Source: Spironucleus salmonicida (Eukaryota). Taken from it: a stretch of DNA of 64,000 bases. Every line of letters begins with the position of its first letter. Position 1 is the stretch's first letter. This document shows, piece by piece, positions 25,704 to 39,609 of the stretch. The stretch is from assembly GCF_000497125.1 (NCBI RefSeq), contig NC_090596.1, positions 1,302,001 through 1,366,000 of the forward strand, given 5' to 3'. The position numbers and the translations under genes are program-made. The notes beneath the pieces are model-generated. The model worked only from the letters and a program-made list of their open reading frames with translations, had not been told where the DNA came from and did not search any database.

Positions 25704-26423
25704 TCATTAATATCCTTATTGTTATTTTATAACTTCAGTTTCATCTAATACATCCCTATAATTAGTAAAGAACATATGTAAACTTTCAATAGCATTAGGT
25801 CCTACTGGAATATCTAAAATAAGGCAACATACTTTAGCATATTATTCGATGGAAAGTTCGATACTTGGTTTTGGCAAATCTATGGTTTTGATAATAGACT
25901 CCATTTCAGTATCCCACAATTCTAATATTGTAGCACTTGGAACTGGTACTGAATAATTATATTCTGCAGAACCCTATGTTTAATGAATTTTTTCAACTTT
26001 ATCTACCCAATCATGTATAATTTCCTTGTCATAATCAATAGCTTTAATCTTAGCATCCTGTGATTTTTTATCTTTTTTATTACTTTTAATAGTTGTTTTA
26101 TCTTTAGACCTGGCAATCGGTTTCGTTTTTGCTTCTAGCATAGATTCTAAAATAGTAGGCTCAGATTGGTTATTACATGGTTCATCTAAAACAATTAAGC
26201 CTAAAGGTTCTAATTTACCATCTGGACGGCCAACCTTTATGAATGGATCTACATCACCAATAGCCGGTTAATAATCTGGTAAAAAAGGTACAAAAAGAGT
26301 TTCAAGCATGAGCTCTGTGGGAACAAAAGTTCTGAATAATTCTAGAAGCCTATCATTGGTAAGAGTTGCAAAGTTGTCTGAGGGCTCATCTGTTAAGGTA
26401 TCGTCTTCGTGGTTATCCGCCAT
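25704..26423 (-). CDS. IFT46: Intraflagellar transport protein 46
   Basis: PFLPDYQPAIGDVDPFIKVGRPDGK..LGLIVLDEPC..QSEPTIL; CLILDIPV..IESLHMFFTNY. Confidence 0.95.
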
Positions 26424-26481
26424 TGAAAATTTGAAGTGAAAAATTTAGTATTTATGTTTAGTAATATATAATAAAATATCT

Positions 26482-27684
26482 TCACTTTTACCCCATTTTA
26501 AAATTAAAATTAAAACCATTTCCATTATCGCCAAAAGCAGGTGCGCTCTACTCTGCCGGTTTGACAGGTGCTCCGAACATAGGCTTATCAGCAGTTACCT
26601 GCGCGTTTCCAAACTTAAATTATACCTATTCTGCTGGTTTCTGCTATTCTTGCTATGAAACTGCCCCAAACATGGGTTTTTCGGCAGTCACCTGAGCATT
26701 TCCGAACTTGAAAGAAGTCATCTCAGCAGGCTTCACCTCCTCTTACTTTTGAACAGCATTTTATCCGAACGAGAACGTCGCTGGCGCCATATTTTCAGGC
26801 TGAACGGGTTGCGCAGTAGCTTCAAAATTGAATTTTGGAGGCCCAGAAATTGCTTTTGGATCTTCTTGGACAGGCGCACCGCCGAAACTAAAAGTCGGCT
26901 TCTCAGCCTGCGCTTAAGGCGCTGAATTTGCACCAAAACTGAAGGTTGGCTTCGCTGGCTCTTGCGATTTGGGAGCCACTGGCTGGCTCGTTTGAGCATT
27001 TCCACCGAAGCTAAAAGTTGGTTTCTGGGGCACCGGAACTGACGCTTCTTGAGGCGGCTGCACCGCATTTTGGCCGAACGAAAACGTCGGTTTTTAAGTT
27101 TCTTAGAATTATTAGGGAGCGGAAACTGGAATTTCAGCTGACTTTGCGGTATCGTTAAACGTGAACGCCGGCTTTGTTGGCGCTGCCTGTTACGGCTGTG
27201 CCGGGGGCTGGAACTTCTGCTCAGCCTGTATCTTTAGCTTTGGAGCGGAAATTGTCGTAATTTGCTTTCTTTCCAGCAGGAAGCAGTCTCTGAGTTTTTG
27301 GGCCTAATCGATTAGGCTGGCGTTCTCATTCTTCAGGGATGTGATACTATCGACGATGTCCTGAATCTCCTGCTCTCTGCGCGTTTCCAGCGACTGGATC
27401 TCCTTCTGATACTCGAAAAACGCGTTTAGAAGCCTCTGGGGCAAAACTACGTATTCAGCTCCCAGATTTTGATGCACCGCTGATCTAGTCACCGATGAGG
27501 ATACAGACGATGGCATTCGCTGTACAAAAGATGTGTCGAAAGAGTTCTGCTATGGTTTTTATACAGGCTCTTGCTGCCTAATGTTTTTCTTGAAAAATCC
27601 GCTTACTATTCCTACTACAGAAGAAACCATCCCTTTTCCTGAATTTTACAAATCTTCTGCTGATAATGAGGAAGACTTGTCCAT
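26482..27684 (-). CDS. FxFG-repeat nucleoporin (Nup1/Nup60/Nup153-like architecture)
   Basis: Repeated KPTFSFG, FKFG, KPMFG; N-terminal amphipathic GMVSSVVGIVSGFFKK; short coiled coil. Confidence 0.8.
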
Positions 27685-27740
27685 TAAAGTGGAGTGGGGA
27701 CTTGAAAAATTTACATTATTATATAAATACAAAATAAATA

Positions 27741-28622
27741 TCACAGGAAAAATAACTATTTATTATCTTTACCAGATTAAAAAGAAACATTAGTATTTTT
27801 CATTGGTTTAGCTGCTTTTTTCGCCACAGGTAGCTTGAATTCCTCTTCTGTTTCTTTTAATACACTTGGACTTTTATGAATTTCAAGATTCTCATCTAAA
27901 CTAAAAACGGTTGTAACATCATTCTTACCATTATTTTATTATTAAAATTAAGGTTAAAGAAAATTATTTGGAGAATTTATAGGGTGATCCTATACTTAAT
28001 AAAATGTATTAATTTTTTCAGCAGTATCATTATGTGCCTTAACTAGTTCTAATGTTGATACTTTTTAAACTAATATAATTTCTTTTAGTTCCTTGATTTC
28101 TGTATCTTATTAATATAATTTTTGTTCAAAATACTACCTTTACTATTCAATTTTACTTTCTAGATCTTTAATTTTATTTTCAATATTGTTGCTACTAAAC
28201 TTTTCGTTTAATGGACTGAAAATGGTATCCGCTTATATTGAATCATCATATTTACGACTAGGTTTAATATTAGATATAGATCTAATATTACTTGCAGCTC
28301 TGGTCTTGTTTTAATTTCCATAATTCAAAATTTCATAAATTTGTTTTGTTAATTAACTTATTTACTCCATTACTAATTAGGACAACCCAATATTTAATGA
28401 ATCACAACATAATCCTGATACCATTATTTGAATTTACACAGCATCCTGGTAGACTTGTTGCCAATAATCCAATTACATTGAACTTTATGTAGAAAGTAGC
28501 AATCTATCATGTAACTAGTTCATTTTTCTTTGAACAATAACAAATATCTTACCCCCTTATTTGCTAGTAACTTATTAAAGATTATTTAAGATAGAACTAC
28601 TGAGTTTTGATGGATGTTGCAT
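27741..28622 (-). CDS. Hypothetical coiled-coil protein
   Basis: ATG and TGA in the same frame, 294 codons; interior only partly checked. Confidence 0.55.
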
Positions 28623-28657
28623 TTTTAGCAAAATATATCTACAAATAATATGTACAA

Positions 28658-29527
28658 TCACTAATTTTATATCTATTAAATTAATTCTTTTTTGCTTCCT
28701 TAGTAAAATCCATGACTATCTTTGATCACAATCTCATCATCAATTAGAATTTAGATATTTTATGTTAATTAGCACCCACCATATTCCTTTTAGTTAATAT
28801 CTTTTACCTTTAACTAGTCTCCTTTAACTTAAAAATAATACTACGAAGTAATAAAATATATATCATCATCTATATCAAAAAACTAAATTTAATTATTATT
28901 ATAGACTACTTTCTAATTTTATCTTCCAACTTTATGTAATCGGTTAACTTCTGAGTCATCATCAATAATTAAATATTCATCATTATTTCCTATGAATATA
29001 ACATACTGTAAATAGATCTAGGCGCTAAATACGGCAAAATCGTCTATTTTTATCTTTCCTAGTTAAGATAAGAAAAATACTTCTGTATCTGAATATAAAA
29101 ATAATCGTTTTGGTGTATATATAAAACCATTTATCTAAAATTATTAGTTTTGATTTAATAAATTATACCCATATCCTTTAGAGACATAAATATAATTAAA
29201 AATTGCATCAGGTGCAGAATTTAGAATATGCGACTTATCTCCTAGAGATAGAAACGTCTTATTAAATGTGGCATACACATTGGACAATACAATAAAGTTA
29301 GGATTGCTTTAAACGGAAAATTTTAAAAATATTGTTTTAATATTTAAACGATAATTCAAATAAAGTTATTACTTAATACTGAAAGTATAAAAATATTTCT
29401 ATATGATTTTTCTCATACTCTACTATCTTATAATAGTCTTTTAGTTAACATAAAATGATATATCCTACTTTTACTATGGCTCAATTACTACTAAAAGATC
29501 TAGCAATGATTGCTACAGATAGTTCAT
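28658..29527 (-). CDS. Hypothetical protein
   Basis: ATG and TAG-TGA in the same frame, 290 codons; interior only partly checked. Confidence 0.5.
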
Positions 29528-29620
29528 TAATATAATATATTATTTACATAATAATAACATAATTATTATCCTTTATAAACGCTTTCATATAATAAAATGT
29601 ATTAATAACATAAAAACGTC

Positions 29621-30268
29621 TCACATCACCAATTCAACGTCATCCGATTCTTCCTATAATGTTGCGGGTTATACAGCTAGTATGTTAACTCTCTATTATT
29701 AAACATTTGGTTTGGGGGCTCCTGATTACTATACTTAAGCAGAAAGTGGATTAAAACCCGAACGTTAAGACGCTCCAGTTTATGAAAACGAACCTAATAG
29801 CAAAGGTTGAGTAGCTGGTTGGTTCATTTGCCGTGTATAAGCTTAAGAAGTTAAAGAAGCACTCATAGATTATATTGCAGGAGCCATTGAACCTATTTAT
29901 ACTTAATTTGGTCGGGCTGGTTAAGCAGCACCATTACTTAAAGATCCGACGAAAGATACATCTCTACGAGCGACAACATTTGATAATGATCCCACCTAAT
30001 CAACAGAGGCACCAGCTCTGCCTGATGATTAGACCTCAAGACCTTGAGCAACACACTATTCTGATAATCTACGGAAAGTATTGAGTTCATTTTCCTCACA
30101 TAATTCTTAAGTCTCATACTATTCAGCTACCTCAGTTCTGAGCCCAGCCAATTGGTTTTCAAGTTCGGGAATTTAGTTAACTTGCGCTTACAATTTTAAT
30201 ATAATTTCAACTAATTTTTCTTTAGGAAAGCTTAAAAGTTGTTCCTGCGTGTGAGTATTCTTCGACAT
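29621..30268 (-). CDS. Hypothetical protein (N-terminal coiled coil, disordered Q/P/S tail)
   Basis: 216-codon ORF MSKNTHTQEQLLSFPKEKLVEIILKLQ...; CCACTTC upstream. Confidence 0.75.
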
Positions 30269-30384
30269 GATTTGAAGTGGAAAGAAAGAATATATAATTA
30301 TTATATAATCTAAATTAAACACTCCTTAATTTGAAAAATACATTTAAAATATAATAATTTTATTGATATCATTCAAATACAATA

Positions 30385-30389
<5 letters not shown>

Positions 30390-30422
<33 letters not shown>
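30390..30422. repeat. (TA)n microsatellite, ~16 units
   Basis: Perfect TA run between two divergent genes. Confidence 0.95.
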
Positions 30423-30426
<4 letters not shown>

Positions 30427-30485
30427 TTAATTTTTATCATTTTATTAATTTTATATTCATTATATGTATAATAATTTTTTAGCTC

Positions 30486-31319
30486 ATGATTAACGCTCTC
30501 GTCATCAAAACCCGTTAATCAAATCTTCCCTCAACATTTTTCACTAAATTAACACCTTTATTTGATATCGTATAATTAATTCCATCTAAATTAATTACCA
30601 TACAATAACAATCTTAATATATTCCCATTTATGGAGTCACTGCAATTTCCCTAAACCGTCTTGGACTTCGGACAGGTGATATCGTTAATTTTGACAATTT
30701 TATACTTCAAAAAACACCAAATTTCATGGAACAAGTTAGATTTTTGAGTAATAATTTTGAGCTTTATGAATCTGGGATTTTATCATCAAAAGGGGTAATA
30801 TTGAAGAAAAAAGTAAGCATCTTTGTGGAGCAAACTTTTTTAATTTTTGCATAGAATGATATAATATAGGTAACGGATATAGATCAGTTAGATACGATAT
30901 TTGAGATCTAAATGGAACAAAGAATAGAGTTTCTTGCAATTGGCTTTAACGAAATTTTGGCGGCTTCTAAAAATATTATTTACAGAATTTTTTAAGGTGG
31001 GATAGAGGTTATTACACGGACATAAAAAGATATAACTGGTCTTATTTTCACAAATTAAATCATATACACGACATATGACTCTATTTGTACAGTTAATGGT
31101 AAACGAGAGCTCTTCTTTTTCAACTAAAAAATAATCTCATTATTATTCGATGAAAAGTATATTTATATTTTCTCAGCACGCAGAATAGTAATTTTAACAC
31201 ATAAATTAACTGTAGTATTAATAAATGATTTTAATATATGTTATCGATGTTTCTACATTGAAAATGGACTAATTAAATGTGGGAATAGGAATCTAGATAT
31301 ATACTAGATTTGTCGTTGA
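30486..31319 (+). CDS. Hypothetical beta-rich protein
   Basis: 278-codon ORF MINALVIKTRQSNLP...; converges on the TTLL stop 2 bp away. Confidence 0.65.
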
Positions 31320-31321
31320 AA

Positions 31322-33322
31322 TCACTCAATTAATTCAAATCTACCTTTATCTTAGGCTTACAAAATTGATAATATGTCGCTTATCATTTCACTTTTTACT
31401 GTATCTGCTGAACATTCAGTAACTAAACTAGGAGATGCGTTTATTTCTATAATTTTTGGACTAAAATTTACATCTAAAATAACATCAACTCCTAATAATT
31501 CAAAGGAATTTTTAACGAATAGTGGATTTGCTAATCGCCTTACTGCTTTAGCCACTAATTTAAATGCATGTTTTATTTTTTATGGTTATTTTGACTAGGA
31601 TAAAAATTTGCTTAATTACATTTTATAATTTGGACCATGAATTGATGTGTTAGTCAAATGAATATCTATATCTAGTGAGTTAAGATTAAACTATTTAGGT
31701 GACGATCGCACCAAAGCTTCCTCATAAAGATAGGCATAACTATTATACAAAAGAACATAAATTCGAAAATCTATTTTTCTACCTAGATGTAATAAAGGTT
31801 GTTGCATATAGATCTAAATTATTGATTAAATATCATTCGAAAAATCCATTGGATTCCTTGTTAAATATATTCCTCTGCCCCTAGATAACTATGTAGGCTT
31901 TACAATATATATTGAATCTTAAGAATAATTCATTTAAAATAACTATTTAAGTTAATGAGGAAGTACAAAAGTGTCTATTATTAATGATTTAAACATTGCA
32001 TTTTTCAAAGCAAGTCCTCTAAGAGATTAATAAAATGAGTCTTTGTGAACTATTTTGTTTATACAAGGGAAATGGTTAATAAATTTATTAGATAAATTTC
32101 CTATTTAAACTTCAGTTTTTTATTACCAATAAACATCACATTCGGACTATTCTGAAATATTTTTAGTAGTTTCAACTATTAATATCTAATTTTTTTTAGA
32201 TTAAAAGATCAAAGCAGCTTTATGAAAAGTAGAATAAATATTAGAATTTGAACATAATTTAAGAACTATAGGTCTTTCAGTTGTTAATAATTAAACTTCT
32301 GGTTAAGAGATAATTTTGTTGAACTATTATCTAGATCTAAAATTTTGTTTCGGTTTAGAACCTACCGGACGACCTAGTGGTTAATTGTTAGTTTTAAATC
32401 CTGATGATTCCAAATCACATGATTGTTAAGACTTTGTGTCTAAAATAATATTATTAATAGATCTGAAACTTGCTAATAATTCAATATTTTCGCTTAACTC
32501 TTCCTTATCTATTTTAATTGATTTTTTAAACTAATCTGATTCATTTTCACTAATATCTTATATTTCTCTAGCTAGTAGTTGGTCTAATAGTAGAATCCTT
32601 TTGCTTTACTATTAATTTTCTGTTTCATAACTCTGAACTTTTTAATCCTAATGAAATTCATTTATGTTAATTTATACCTCCTACTTCATATGAATTCCAT
32701 TTAATCCATCTAGTTTTAATTCGTTCATATTAAATTAATCAAAATAACCATCCAATTTTTTCCCAGAATCATCTTGGTTAATATTACTGATTTCAAGTTA
32801 TTTTTATTTATATGAAAGTGCAAGTTCTTATATAACTGATTTGCAAACAATATTATCATCCGACTTAGATAATTTGATAACACTGTCCATTTAAATCTCA
32901 AAATCATCGATTAATAAGTCATTTATAATATCTTCATTATTAGCTCTAAGTTACTCAGTATTTGAACCTTTAACACAAATTGATTCAGGCTTGCTATTAA
33001 ATGGTGTCATATTAACAACTCTCGCTGGACAATATGCACCACCACACTGAAATGGATTGTCAATATTTTAAATAATTTTTTCCATAACATTTTATTCTAT
33101 CTTACCTTTTTAGCATGAAGTAGCTCGTTAAAGTTTCTTTTTTGCATTTTAATCATAAGCAATATGTATTTCATGAATATCAATTCCATTTGTTTATTTT
33201 TCAGGTTTAAACTATCGCAATTTTTTAAACTTACGATTTTTATTAGGATTAGCTATAGTGAATAAGTCAAATACAGCATTTACTGTATCTAATGGTTTTA
33301 TTGGATTCCTCCAATCTGACAT
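31322..33322 (-). CDS. Tubulin-tyrosine-ligase-like (TTLL) glutamylase/glycylase
   Basis: INHFP, YIVKP..SRGRGI, GRKIDFRIYVL, HLTNTSI, FELLGVDVILD, IEINASPSL, terminal GRFELI. Confidence 0.92.
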
Positions 33323-33371
33323 TTTGTAAGATGGAAAATATATATTACTAATGTATATATAATATATAACT

Positions 33372-33704
33372 TCACTCTGCAAAAGTATTAAATTCTATAT
33401 CGATATCTCCCTTAATCCCAAACCGTTTTCTAATTTTATCTCTTACTAAATTTTAAACTTTTTTGTTCTGCTGCTAAGGCTTAGAACAAAGTGATAAAGA
33501 GTTATTTATCTATATTTTCTACAATATTTGTACTCTATATGGTTTATTCTTGAATTCTGGAACAGCACTTATAATTTAAGAAAGATTAACAGGCTTACAT
33601 TAAAGCGCACTTTCCAAACATTCTTATTTCTTATGTCTTGGTTCTTGTAGAAGTAAAGTTCGTATTTATACACCATTTTCTTTATAAAAAAAACTTGGTC
33701 TCAT
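33372..33704 (-). CDS. Hypothetical basic protein
   Basis: 111-codon ORF ending GAG-TGA. Confidence 0.55.
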
Positions 33705-33815
33705 TATTGAAATCAAATGTATTGATACTTAAAAATATTAAATTTTGAAGTAATGTCTTCCCCTATTAACAATATTATATAGAATAATATATAATTTAGA
33801 GAATCTATTTAATTA

Positions 33816-34583
33816 ATGAACTCATCCAGCTCCTCCTCAACATATTTTTGCTCTGATTCAGATGATGAAAAAGTACCAGAAATCACAGAATTGTTATTTT
33901 AAGAATATACTGATAATAAAATTATCGCATTTGGTAACAATTTTAAGTATATTTTTGAACTTATTGATAATTAATTCAAAATTTTAGAATAAACACCTAT
34001 TGATTTTTCAGTTACATCAATATTTGGTCCTACTTATTAAACATTTGTTACACCTATTGGAAAATTTGGTGTTTACAAAAATAAAGTATACTAGCTGGAT
34101 AATTTCTAGCTATTTCATACTTTATAAAATCCTATATCTCCATTTTAAGTAGCTAGTCTTACTACAAGCTTATTAATTTCTTCGATTTAGAAACCTTTTT
34201 ACTTAGATTTATTGCATAAAAAAACTGTTTCTGGAATTGATTTTCACGAAATTAATAACCCTTACTTTTTCACATATAAAGATAAGGTAGTAGCATTCTC
34301 ATAATTTTAAGATAAGATTGCAATTGTCGAAAAATAAAAGTATATGGTGATAGATTTCTAATTTCCTGGTTTAAAGAGAATTCCAACTGGTAAATTTAAG
34401 CAATATGTGAGCATATTAGTTGATGATTCTTTTTCATGCATTCTAGATTTAGATCAGATGTAAATAAAGGTATCAGATAATAGAGTAAACGAAGTCATAA
34501 ATTGCATCGAATTTGGATAAAAATTAATTTACGGAGAGAATTAAATAGTACTAATCGATTAAGTATTAACTTAATTTAAGTGA
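33816..34583 (+). CDS. Hypothetical beta-rich protein
   Basis: 256-codon ORF MNSSSSSSTYFCSDSDDE..., ends AAG-TGA. Confidence 0.7.
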
Positions 34584-34610
34584 GATTATACACTTGTTTT
34601 AATATATTAT

Positions 34611-35280
34611 TGAGTGAAATGGCACGTCACTGGAACTTCTTGAGGAGCTTGACGAGGAAGTTGTTCTGCTTGTTGAGGGACCCCGTGAAGATCATGGCTG
34701 GGATGCTACCCATGGGGTCAACGTGGAAGTAGGTAGTAACCTTGGTCTTGGCACCCTCTGCTTCGAGGACTATACAGGAGCTCATGGAACCACGCACTGC
34801 CTTAGCTGCGGTCGTTATATCCACCTCAGGGTTATTCTGAGTGATAACGAACTTTTTAACACCACCAGAAGACTGGTCGAATGTGGTTTTGGTGATATAG
34901 AACTCGCGGCGGGAAATCATGGCGGAAGGGCTCTCAATGAGCTGGTAGCACAAGTATGAGTTACCCTCAATAACGCCGCTCTTGTCCTTGATGGCTTGCA
35001 CGTTGGCCCTGACTTCGTCGCTGGGGAAGTATATGTACCTGCAAACTTTTCCGTCCTTCTACTCAGCAGGCATGGCGGGAGTGCATTCGGTGAGGTCGTG
35101 GATCTCAGAAAGAACCGTTAAGATATCTGCATTCACAACTGCCTGGCCTTTCATGGCCTGGAACTTGGATCCCTCAACAGTCGCATACCAGATATCCACC
35201 ACCTCCTCGTACTTCTTGGGGGTTTCAAAATCTAGTGATATTAATTTCTAGCATTTTATAGAAGCAGCAGGTTCCTATGC
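34611..35280 (-). repeat. 670-bp inverted repeat, left arm (right arm 39658-40327)
   Basis: Reverse complement of 39658-40327; paired coordinates sum to 74938; all mirrored track ORFs are identical. Confidence 0.95.
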
Positions 35281-35328
35281 CAGAAAAGCGTCTTGAACAG
35301 ATTGAGGTAAATCTTTGATTTTCTCCAT
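34627..35328 (-). CDS. START-domain lipid-transfer protein, copy 1
   Basis: 234 codons; SAMISRREF, AVRG, TKVTTYFHVDPMGSIPAM are START motifs. Confidence 0.88.
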
Positions 35329-35604
35329 ATATAATTGTGGAATGAGATTTAATCATAATATAATTTATATATACAAATATTACCTATTATACTTATTGTT
35401 CTGATCAAATATTATATTGTTTTATATTAAATTATTTAAAATTATAAAATTACTCTACTTCGGTTATATTATCGAAATGATACCCAACTATTACACATTT
35501 ATATGAAGTATTTATATATATAATTATTTAAAATTATAATTTAAACTATCAAACTCTACAAAAAAATTATTTTTCTGATATAGCAACAAGTAAAGAGTAT
35601 GCCA

Positions 35605-36654
35605 AAATGCTTAATCAGAGCACTGATGGTATTCATAAGGACGACCAGCAGCAGTTCCTGAATTTGGTGGGAAAGTTGTTTGAGAACGACATCGAGTCAT
35701 TCAATTACTAGTTTATTCCGATAGATTAGTCGCACCACCAGTTCGTGTGCGATAAGTGCACGAATTTCTTGCAGAAGCACATCCTCATTATGCCTTGCAG
35801 CCACACCGTATGCCAGCGGTGTGTTCTGGCGCACCAATGGGACCAGATCACCTGCCCTGTCTGCGATGCAATAATACTGGATATGTAGTTCAACGAGCAG
35901 CTGTGCCGCCAGCAGCTCCAGACGCCCGTATACTGCTGCAATCTGGTGGCCAAGGAGGTGGAGGTCGCGCAGTACGGGAAGCAGGAGTACGATCTCGGCG
36001 CGAGGCATGCGGCGTTAGTTCCGGTTTTGAGCGATTTCAACGCGAATCTGTGCAAGGTTGAATAGGTCAACTACCTGCGGCAGGAGCGCAGATTCGAGAT
36101 TCTCCGCGACGGGGCGCAGGACCTGAGGCACTACCAGCTGCAGCTGTTTGAGTATTTTCCCGAGCAGGAGCGCAAGTTCCTGTTCAGCTGCGGCTGGGCC
36201 GGGCCCTATGCGGACCTCGCCGGGCACATCGCGAATGACTGCAGCCATACGCTGGTGGAGTGCGGGTACTGCGCGTTTCCAGTTGCGCGGCAGGTCCTGG
36301 AGTATCACAGGAAAGTTTGCTGCCTTTAGAACCAGCGATGCCTCCTTTGCTACAGACCGGTGCAGCTAGCGAAAATGTGCCACCATCAGGTTGGATGCTT
36401 GCAGACGTTACTGTCATATGATACGGCGAAGCTGGTGATACCCGTGGAATACAGCTACGACCTCGAACTCGAGTCGCTGGTGACCCGGATACAGCAGGGA
36501 ATTAGCAACCTCCAGAACCTGGTACTGAGGCTGGACACGAACAGCCAGGGCGAGGTAATCCAGTATTAAAATTCTGAGAAGGTTAGGCTTAAATCAAATA
36601 TCCAAAACAAGCCATTTTTCCATTACATCTACGAAAAACATGTGCTATTGTTTC
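35605..36654 (+). repeat. 1050-bp dispersed direct repeat, copy 2
   Basis: Matches 10678-11727. Confidence 0.95.
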
Positions 36655-36695
36655 AAGTAATTGTTATATTACTATTTTATTTATGTTTATTATGA
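35607..36695 (+). CDS. RING/TRAF zinc finger protein, truncated duplicate lacking the channel domain (short hydrophobic C-tail); may be a pseudogene
   Basis: Copy of 10680-11727 continuing into unrelated QVIVILLFYLCLL-TGA; no in-frame ATG between the upstream TGA (35478) and 35607. Confidence 0.65.
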
Positions 36696-36819
36696 AACTA
36701 AAATGAAAGTCAATTTTATTTATAAAAAGAAATATAAAGATCTTTCTATTTATAGTATTTAATTTAAGAAGGGGATTGCTAATTTTAATACTTATTAAAA
36801 ATAAAATTTTCACTTAAAC

Positions 36820-39300
36820 TCAAACTACTTCGCCTAAAAATTCTTTTATTTCGTTTGCCGTATATTTTCCACAAGCAAATCCAACAAGCATTTATTCCAT
36901 TTTTTCTACGTCAAATTTATCTAAATTTATTTCACAACTTTGTGGACATTCATTTCCACCTCTATACCCTTAAAATTTCCTAGCAATTTAAATAATATGT
37001 TAACTAAATCCACATTTTTCTGCAACGTCTAATCCCTTGCTCTCAGTTTCACCTAGGCTTACTTTATAATTATTTTCACCCATTTTCCATTTCTCACAAT
37101 CTTTAAAGTCAGCCCATACCTCTTTTAAATGTGAAATACAAATAAACTTACCATTTCTGTTTTAGATTTCTTTTAAGCTAGCTACACTGAGTCCAAATCC
37201 ATCACCAAGGCTAGTACCACGACCTAGTTCGTCAATAACAACCAAACAATCATTTTAACAACCAATTAGTGCAGTATTTAAGGCATTTACCTCATTTGCG
37301 AATGTACTCATTTTACTATTGATATCATCAGAATTAGCAAAACAAGTACGTAAGGATTTTATTGGTTTGAATTCACAACTTTAGAATGGGCCTGGAATTC
37401 CAATTTAGGATAGGAATATCGAAATTGAAATAGCTTTTAAAAGTGTTGATTTTCCACCAGAATTTGCACCAGTAATAAAAATGGAATTTGAATTAAGTTT
37501 AAATGAATTTTTGATTATATTAGTTGAATTTTGTAGCAGAATTGGATTAAAAAGGTCTGTTCCGTTAAAAAATTCATTTGAAAAAATTGCTAAATTAAAT
37601 TGGTAAATTGACGAAATTTATGCCGCAGACGCAAAAAAATCTATAAAACCAACAGTTTTAGAGAAATTTAACACTGGAGTTGAAAATTGAAATTACTGTC
37701 TCTTTAAATTCACAATAAATGGTTAGGAACACTCCTTGTAATCTGATATTAGAGCAAAAAATCGTTCAGATAGTGGTTTTAAAATAGAAGTTGTGAATCT
37801 AATTCCTAACTTAGCTCTTTATTGCACTATAGAAAGTTAAAGATCATTATCATCACATAGGTCTTAAATTTCTTATGAATATGCAAGAACTTTTGTTTAG
37901 ATTGTTAGTTGCTTATTAAAAATACTAAATCGAAAATGTGTTTAAATAGTAGCTAATTTGGTTAAAAATAAATTTAAATGTGATATCATATCTTAGTAGA
38001 CTAATTACATATTATGAAAAATTTATATTAGATTTTCATCAATATTTGGATTCAGGAATACTTCGTTGAAATTATCTATTAAATCAAAAATTTAATCATT
38101 AGGCATAATATTATCATTTATTAGATCAGATAGAGAAGAAAGATTAATTTAAGTATCATTAGTAATGAAATGTTCAAATTCTGGGATAAAGTTATCTTAT
38201 ATAATAGAATTAAGATAGTATAAAAATTCGGGAGCTTCTTATAAATATTGTCTTAAAATTAAATTTTCTCTTAAAAATGAATTAGTTTATTTAATAAAAA
38301 TATTATTATACGTTCTATGTAAATTTATACATTTCTTTAGTAATTCCTTTGGATTCTAATTCGATATTTTCTAATAAACTATTTATCTAATTAAAATTTA
38401 ATTTTATTCCGTTAATACTTACTTAAAACAATTATCAGTGATCATTTTCCCACTATCAGTAATAGTCTTTTTAGAATACAGTTATTTTATATCAGGTAAA
38501 TCTAGTTATATTAAATCTTATTGGCTAATTTTTAAAAATTAGTCTATATCTGCTGTAAGAATCTCGAAATAGTCTAAATTTAATAAATCTGTGCTTATCT
38601 ATGTCTCTTGAAAAACATCACCAATAATAGGAATCAAGTAATCAAATTAATCTAGGTAAATATCCTTTAATTTTAATCGTAGGTGTATATTTATATCGAT
38701 TTTAATACCATCTTTAATTTCTTTATAAAATATATTCATTGAATCAAATATTTAGGTCACAGTATAATCAAGAGACTTAAAATTTACTTATTTAACATTA
38801 ATTTAGTTTAAAAGACTGGTAGTTTTAGTCAACATTAAATCATCTATAACTTAAACAGCAATAAGCTATCTATTTGTAATAGCTAGTATACTAGAAATAA
38901 GTTCATAATTTTATTTCATAATAAATACAGCTGCAATTGAAATATCCTACTATGATGGAGTCAATACTTAAACTAATTCCATACTTTAGCCTTTTTAAAT
39001 ATAAAGATGAACTGGTAAATTTCTAGAAAATGCTAATGCTTGTGCAGGATTTAAATCCTAACTATGGAATATAGAGATGGATATAGTTTTATCAGGTAAA
39101 TTTTCAACAGAACATTCTGTTTATGATAGATAGTATTGTGATGATTCTTAAGGGGTAAAGTTTGGTGACACATAAAAATTTTCAAATGATATAAATGTTA
39201 CGAGCTCAAATTATTATTTAGATATTTATTTGAAGAAAGATGGTAAATCCCTTAAAAGATCTTAGAGTTCTTATTATGATACTGTATTATTTAGTTACAT
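36820..39300 (-). CDS. MSH2: MutS-family mismatch repair protein, MSH2-like
   Basis: ITGANSGGKSTLL, STFANEV, LVVIDELGRGTS..DGFGL, GLDVAEKCGF; GIRFTTSILKPLSE resembles the MSH2 clamp segment. Confidence 0.8.
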
Positions 39301-39609
39301 TTCAACTAAAATAATAAAGGTTAAACTATATATAATACTATACTTTTTCGTAATTTGGAATATCAATATGAAATTCTATTGATTTGAATAAAATAAAATA
39401 AAGTAATACATTATAATAATTATATAAGAATGGTAATATAAACACTTTATTTTAGTTGAACCTATTGAATTAATATTTGCATATATACGAATATTTATTT
39501 AATTCAGATTATGGAGTTCAAAAAACCTATATTATAAAATCTTAAATTATTTTTAATAATCTCTTAAAATACTATTATTTCTACAAAAAGATTTTAATTT
39601 TCCTTTAAA

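Noticed and set aside
30437-31321. Apparent TGA-interrupted extension of the TTLL frame
   Set aside because: TTLL ends normally at GRFELIE-TGA (31322); the region is occupied by an intact plus-strand ORF 30486-31319
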